Below, in pieces: positions 61,001 through 64,000 of a stretch of DNA of 64,000 nt (the first letter of the stretch is position 1; each line of letters begins with the position of its first letter). Location: assembly GCF_000143415.4 (NCBI RefSeq), contig NW_003314318.1, forward strand, positions 186,001-250,000, in the 5' to 3' direction. Source of the stretch: Selaginella moellendorffii (taxonomy: Eukaryota; Plantae; Lycopodiophyta). Under the pieces are notes generated by a model, which was not told where the DNA came from, ran no database searches, and saw only the letters and a list, made by a program, of their open reading frames with translations. The position numbers were made by a program, and so were the translations under genes.

Positions 61001-64000
61001 TTCTTATATGTTGTCCGCACATCGTCCCAGAAGGTTGCTGTTGCGCTGGATATCGCCAACTTCAAGCTCGCTTTTCGACTTAGCGCATCCACCACGATGT
61101 TGCTCTTCCCAGGCTTGTACAGAATCTCGCAATCAAACTCGGCCAAGGCATTGGCCCACTGACCTTGTTTCCCTCTCAGGTCGGGCTGTGATAAGAAGTG
61201 TTTCGTTGCCACATTGTCCGTGTAAACCTTGAAGTGTCTCCCAAGGTAGTGTCGCCACTCCTTGAGCACCTTGACCACCGCGAGCAATTCCTTCTTGTGG
61301 GCAGGCCACTTCCGTTGAGCCTTGTCCAACTTCTTCTAGAAGAACGCTACTGGATGGTTGTCTTGCTTCAAAACTGCGCCCAACGCAAAGTCCGAAGCAT
61401 CCGTGTCTACCTCAAAGTCCTTACCAAAATCTGGTAATGCCAACACGGGAGCCTTCCTCAACTTCCCTTTGAGGTGGACGAATGCTGCCGCGCATTCTGC
61501 TGTCCATACCATCTTCCCTTTTCTTGTTTGGTCCGTTAAGGGCAAGGCTACTCTCGAATAGTGTCTGATAAACTTTCGGTAGTAGTTGCATAGCCCCAGG
61601 AACACCCTCAACTCATGTACATTCGATGGTCACTCCCATTCCTGGATCGCTTGGACTTTCTCCGGGTCCACCTTGAGCCCGTCTTGGCCCACCACATGCC
61701 CGAGAAACTTTACCTCTTGTCGAGCAAAGTCACATTTGCTCTCTTTAGCATACAGTTTGTGTTCCCTTAGTTTCTCAAACACCTTCGCCAAGTGTTCGGC
61801 ATGCTCCTCTAGCGTCTCGCTATAGATCAAGATGTCGTCGATATAGATGACCACGAAGTGATCCAGATAGGGTACAAAGATGTGGTTCATCAGCGCCGAA
61901 AATGTTGCCGGCGCATTGCATAGCCCGAAGGGCATCACCAGAAACTCAAAGCTCCCATACCTCGTTCGACAGGTTGTCTTCTCGACATCTTCCTCGGCTA
62001 CCCTAATCTGGTAGTATCCTGACCTTAGGTCAATCTTCAAGAAGTATTTTGCCTTTCCCAACCTATCGAACAGGTCCTCAATTCTTGGCAAAGGGTACTT
62101 GTTCTTCTTTGTATACTTGTTGAGCAACCGGTAGTCTATGCACATGCACATAGAACCATCTTTCTTTTTCACAAATAACACCGGCGCCCCATACAACAAC
62201 TTGCTCAACCTAACATACCCTTTGTCCACCAACTCCTCTAGTTGGCACCTGAGCTCCTTGAGTTCTTTTTCGTTCAAATGATAGGGGGGACGAACCACCG
62301 CCTCAGCACCCTCGACCAGCTCAATCTTATGTTCTATCGGTCGTGCGGGGGGCAACCCCGCCGGTAGCTCCTCCGGCATGGTATCCTGGAATTGGTCCAA
62401 CACCCGCTGGATCACCAAAGGTACTTCTTCCGTTCCTGTCTTTTTGTCACTCTTCACCGAGAGTAAGCACAAAAAGGCTGCCTTAATTCCTTTGGTGAGT
62501 TGTCCTCTCATGGACACCAGGTTTAAGCAGGAATCTTTGGCCTTGCTTTGCCCTACCTTTAGATCCTAGGCCTCCACCCTAGATCTTCTTCCTTGGGCAT
62601 TCGCCAGTACCACAAGGTTCCTATCTTGTCCATGCAGGGCTACCACGAATCGATTAAATCAATCCATTCCGAAGATCACGTTAAATCCCGCCATGTCCAA
62701 CACGGTGAAATCCATGTCCACTTTCCATGTCCCTACTTCGACTCTCGCTTATCGAAGTACCTCATCGGTGCTTTGGCTACCTTGAACAAACTCTATAGTC
62801 CTTGGTTTGCCTAGCCGCTGCACCGTTAGTCCGGCTTGCCGGACTATGTCTGCAGCCACAAAATTATCCGAAGCACCCGTGTCAATAAGGATCTTAACAA
62901 AGTTACCTCCGAGCTTCCCTCGGAGGGCTAGTAGATGTCGCGAATGACTCTCTACCAAAGTTGCTCGTGTAATGAGTAACTTTGAGTTAGGGACTGGATC
63001 ACATACCTCATTTTGGACTTCACCCGACTTGATGGCCATATTGGCTCTGGCCTTCTTCGGGTAGGGACATTCCCTCGAAAAGTGTCCCGCTTCACCGCAG
63101 TTGTAGCATACGTTGTTTCCCACGCTGCTATATGACTTGACCTTCTTATCCGTGGGTTTGTCTCTTTTCGCTTGACTCCCCCACGTACTCGCTCGTTGGC
63201 CACCGGATTTGCCTTTCTGGAACCCCGAGGACTCATTCTTAGAGAAACTCTTCTTGAATTTCCCCCTGCTATATGTTCCCCTTGGTTTGGCCCCTTTGCT
63301 AAACGTGGATCCCGACCCCGTCGTGTTCCCCTTTCGCAGGTTATCGTTGAAATGCACCTTGATGGCCGCATCCAACGCTTCCTTGTAGTTGGTTGGGTTC
63401 CACCGCATCACTTCACCGCGAGCCCAGGTTTGCAAACCTGATATGAAGGCATGGAACGCATCCATATCCCCCATGTCCATGACCAGTATCTTCTTTGCCA
63501 TGAACCAATTCACATATTCTTGGATGGTTCCAGTCTGCTTCAACCTACTCAGCTCATCTCTCAGATGCAGAGTGGCATTCGGAGGAACGTATGTTGCGCG
63601 AATCCTCGCCTTCATCATGTCCCAAGTGGCCACCGGTCCTTCGTTGGCCTCCGTCGTTCTCCACCAAGACTTGGCATTATCTGCCAAGTATGGTTTTGCA
63701 CATGGGACCTTCTCCGAGCTCGGTAATCGCAACGCTCGGAAGTAGTCCTCCATATCGTAAAACCAATCCTCCACCACCTTATAGTCATTCACTCCCTTGA
63801 AGACCGGTGGGGGCTTTGGTTTGTACTTGGGAATTGCCTGAGGCACTGATTCTACTTCGGTCTGTTTGACCTTGTTTGGTTCTGCCTCAGTCCCTGCCGA
63901 AGGGTCCGCACCTTCTGCGCTGCCAGCATCCGCAGTCTTTCTCTTTTTCTTCCGCTTCTCGTCACGCTTTAGCTTGCGTACAAGAGTCTCCAGCAGGGCA
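58050..64000 (-). mobile_element. Chromoviral Ty3/gypsy retrotransposon (gag-PR-RT-RH-IN-chromodomain) with in-frame stops and two intron-like insertions in integrase; probable 3' LTR about 58050-59407; runs off the window
   Basis: [42 protein letters not shown]...GH...CPTC, MDFI...SDRD...ERVN, FAGPY; chromodomain YEVEAIL...VKWKGF...TWEPEENL; TG/CA ends at 59407/58050. Confidence 0.92.
58695..58935. repeat. Degenerate 12-bp tandem array (tcggactcgatc-like) inside the putative LTR
   Basis: Repeated tcggacycgryc-like units, translating as SDSISDPISDPT. Confidence 0.85.

Noticed and set aside
61330-62760. Stops splitting the gag-pol ORFs as possible programmed readthrough or frameshift sites
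   Set aside because: They are scattered, in frame and mostly explicable as single C>T or G>A changes (CGA, CAA, TGG to stop), i.e. post-insertion decay.

Overview
Gene-dense land-plant nuclear DNA with very short introns (about 46-70 bp) and several PLS-type PPR genes, most consistent with a lycophyte such as Selaginella (inference). Host genes, left to right: PPR, a conserved unknown protein, a CYP71-clan P450, two BAHD acyltransferases plus two BAHD fragments, PPR, an ABCG half-transporter, a FORKED/VAN3-binding-like protein, a beta-expansin, an intronless fungal-like gene with a broken second copy, an R3H/SUZ protein, a GDSL lipase, PPR, LFR, a class A HSF, an sn-2 GPAT, a WRN-like exonuclease, a C/D-box snoRNA and an atypical thaumatin-like protein. 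Three TE islands lie at about 8.2-20.7, 45.5-48.4 and 57-64 kb. The most notable observation is a chromoviral Ty3/gypsy element whose integrase is split by two short canonical GT-AG introns. One lies just before the catalytic Glu, so an intact integrase would require splicing. Other notable items: a 587-bp Cassandra-type TRIM with 5S-rRNA-like LTRs and a 5-bp TSD; a candidate fungal-like REase-fold gene; a dense single-orientation W-box array upstream of the ABCG gene; and two retroelement fold-back structures. All family assignments are by eye from remembered motifs; no searches were run.
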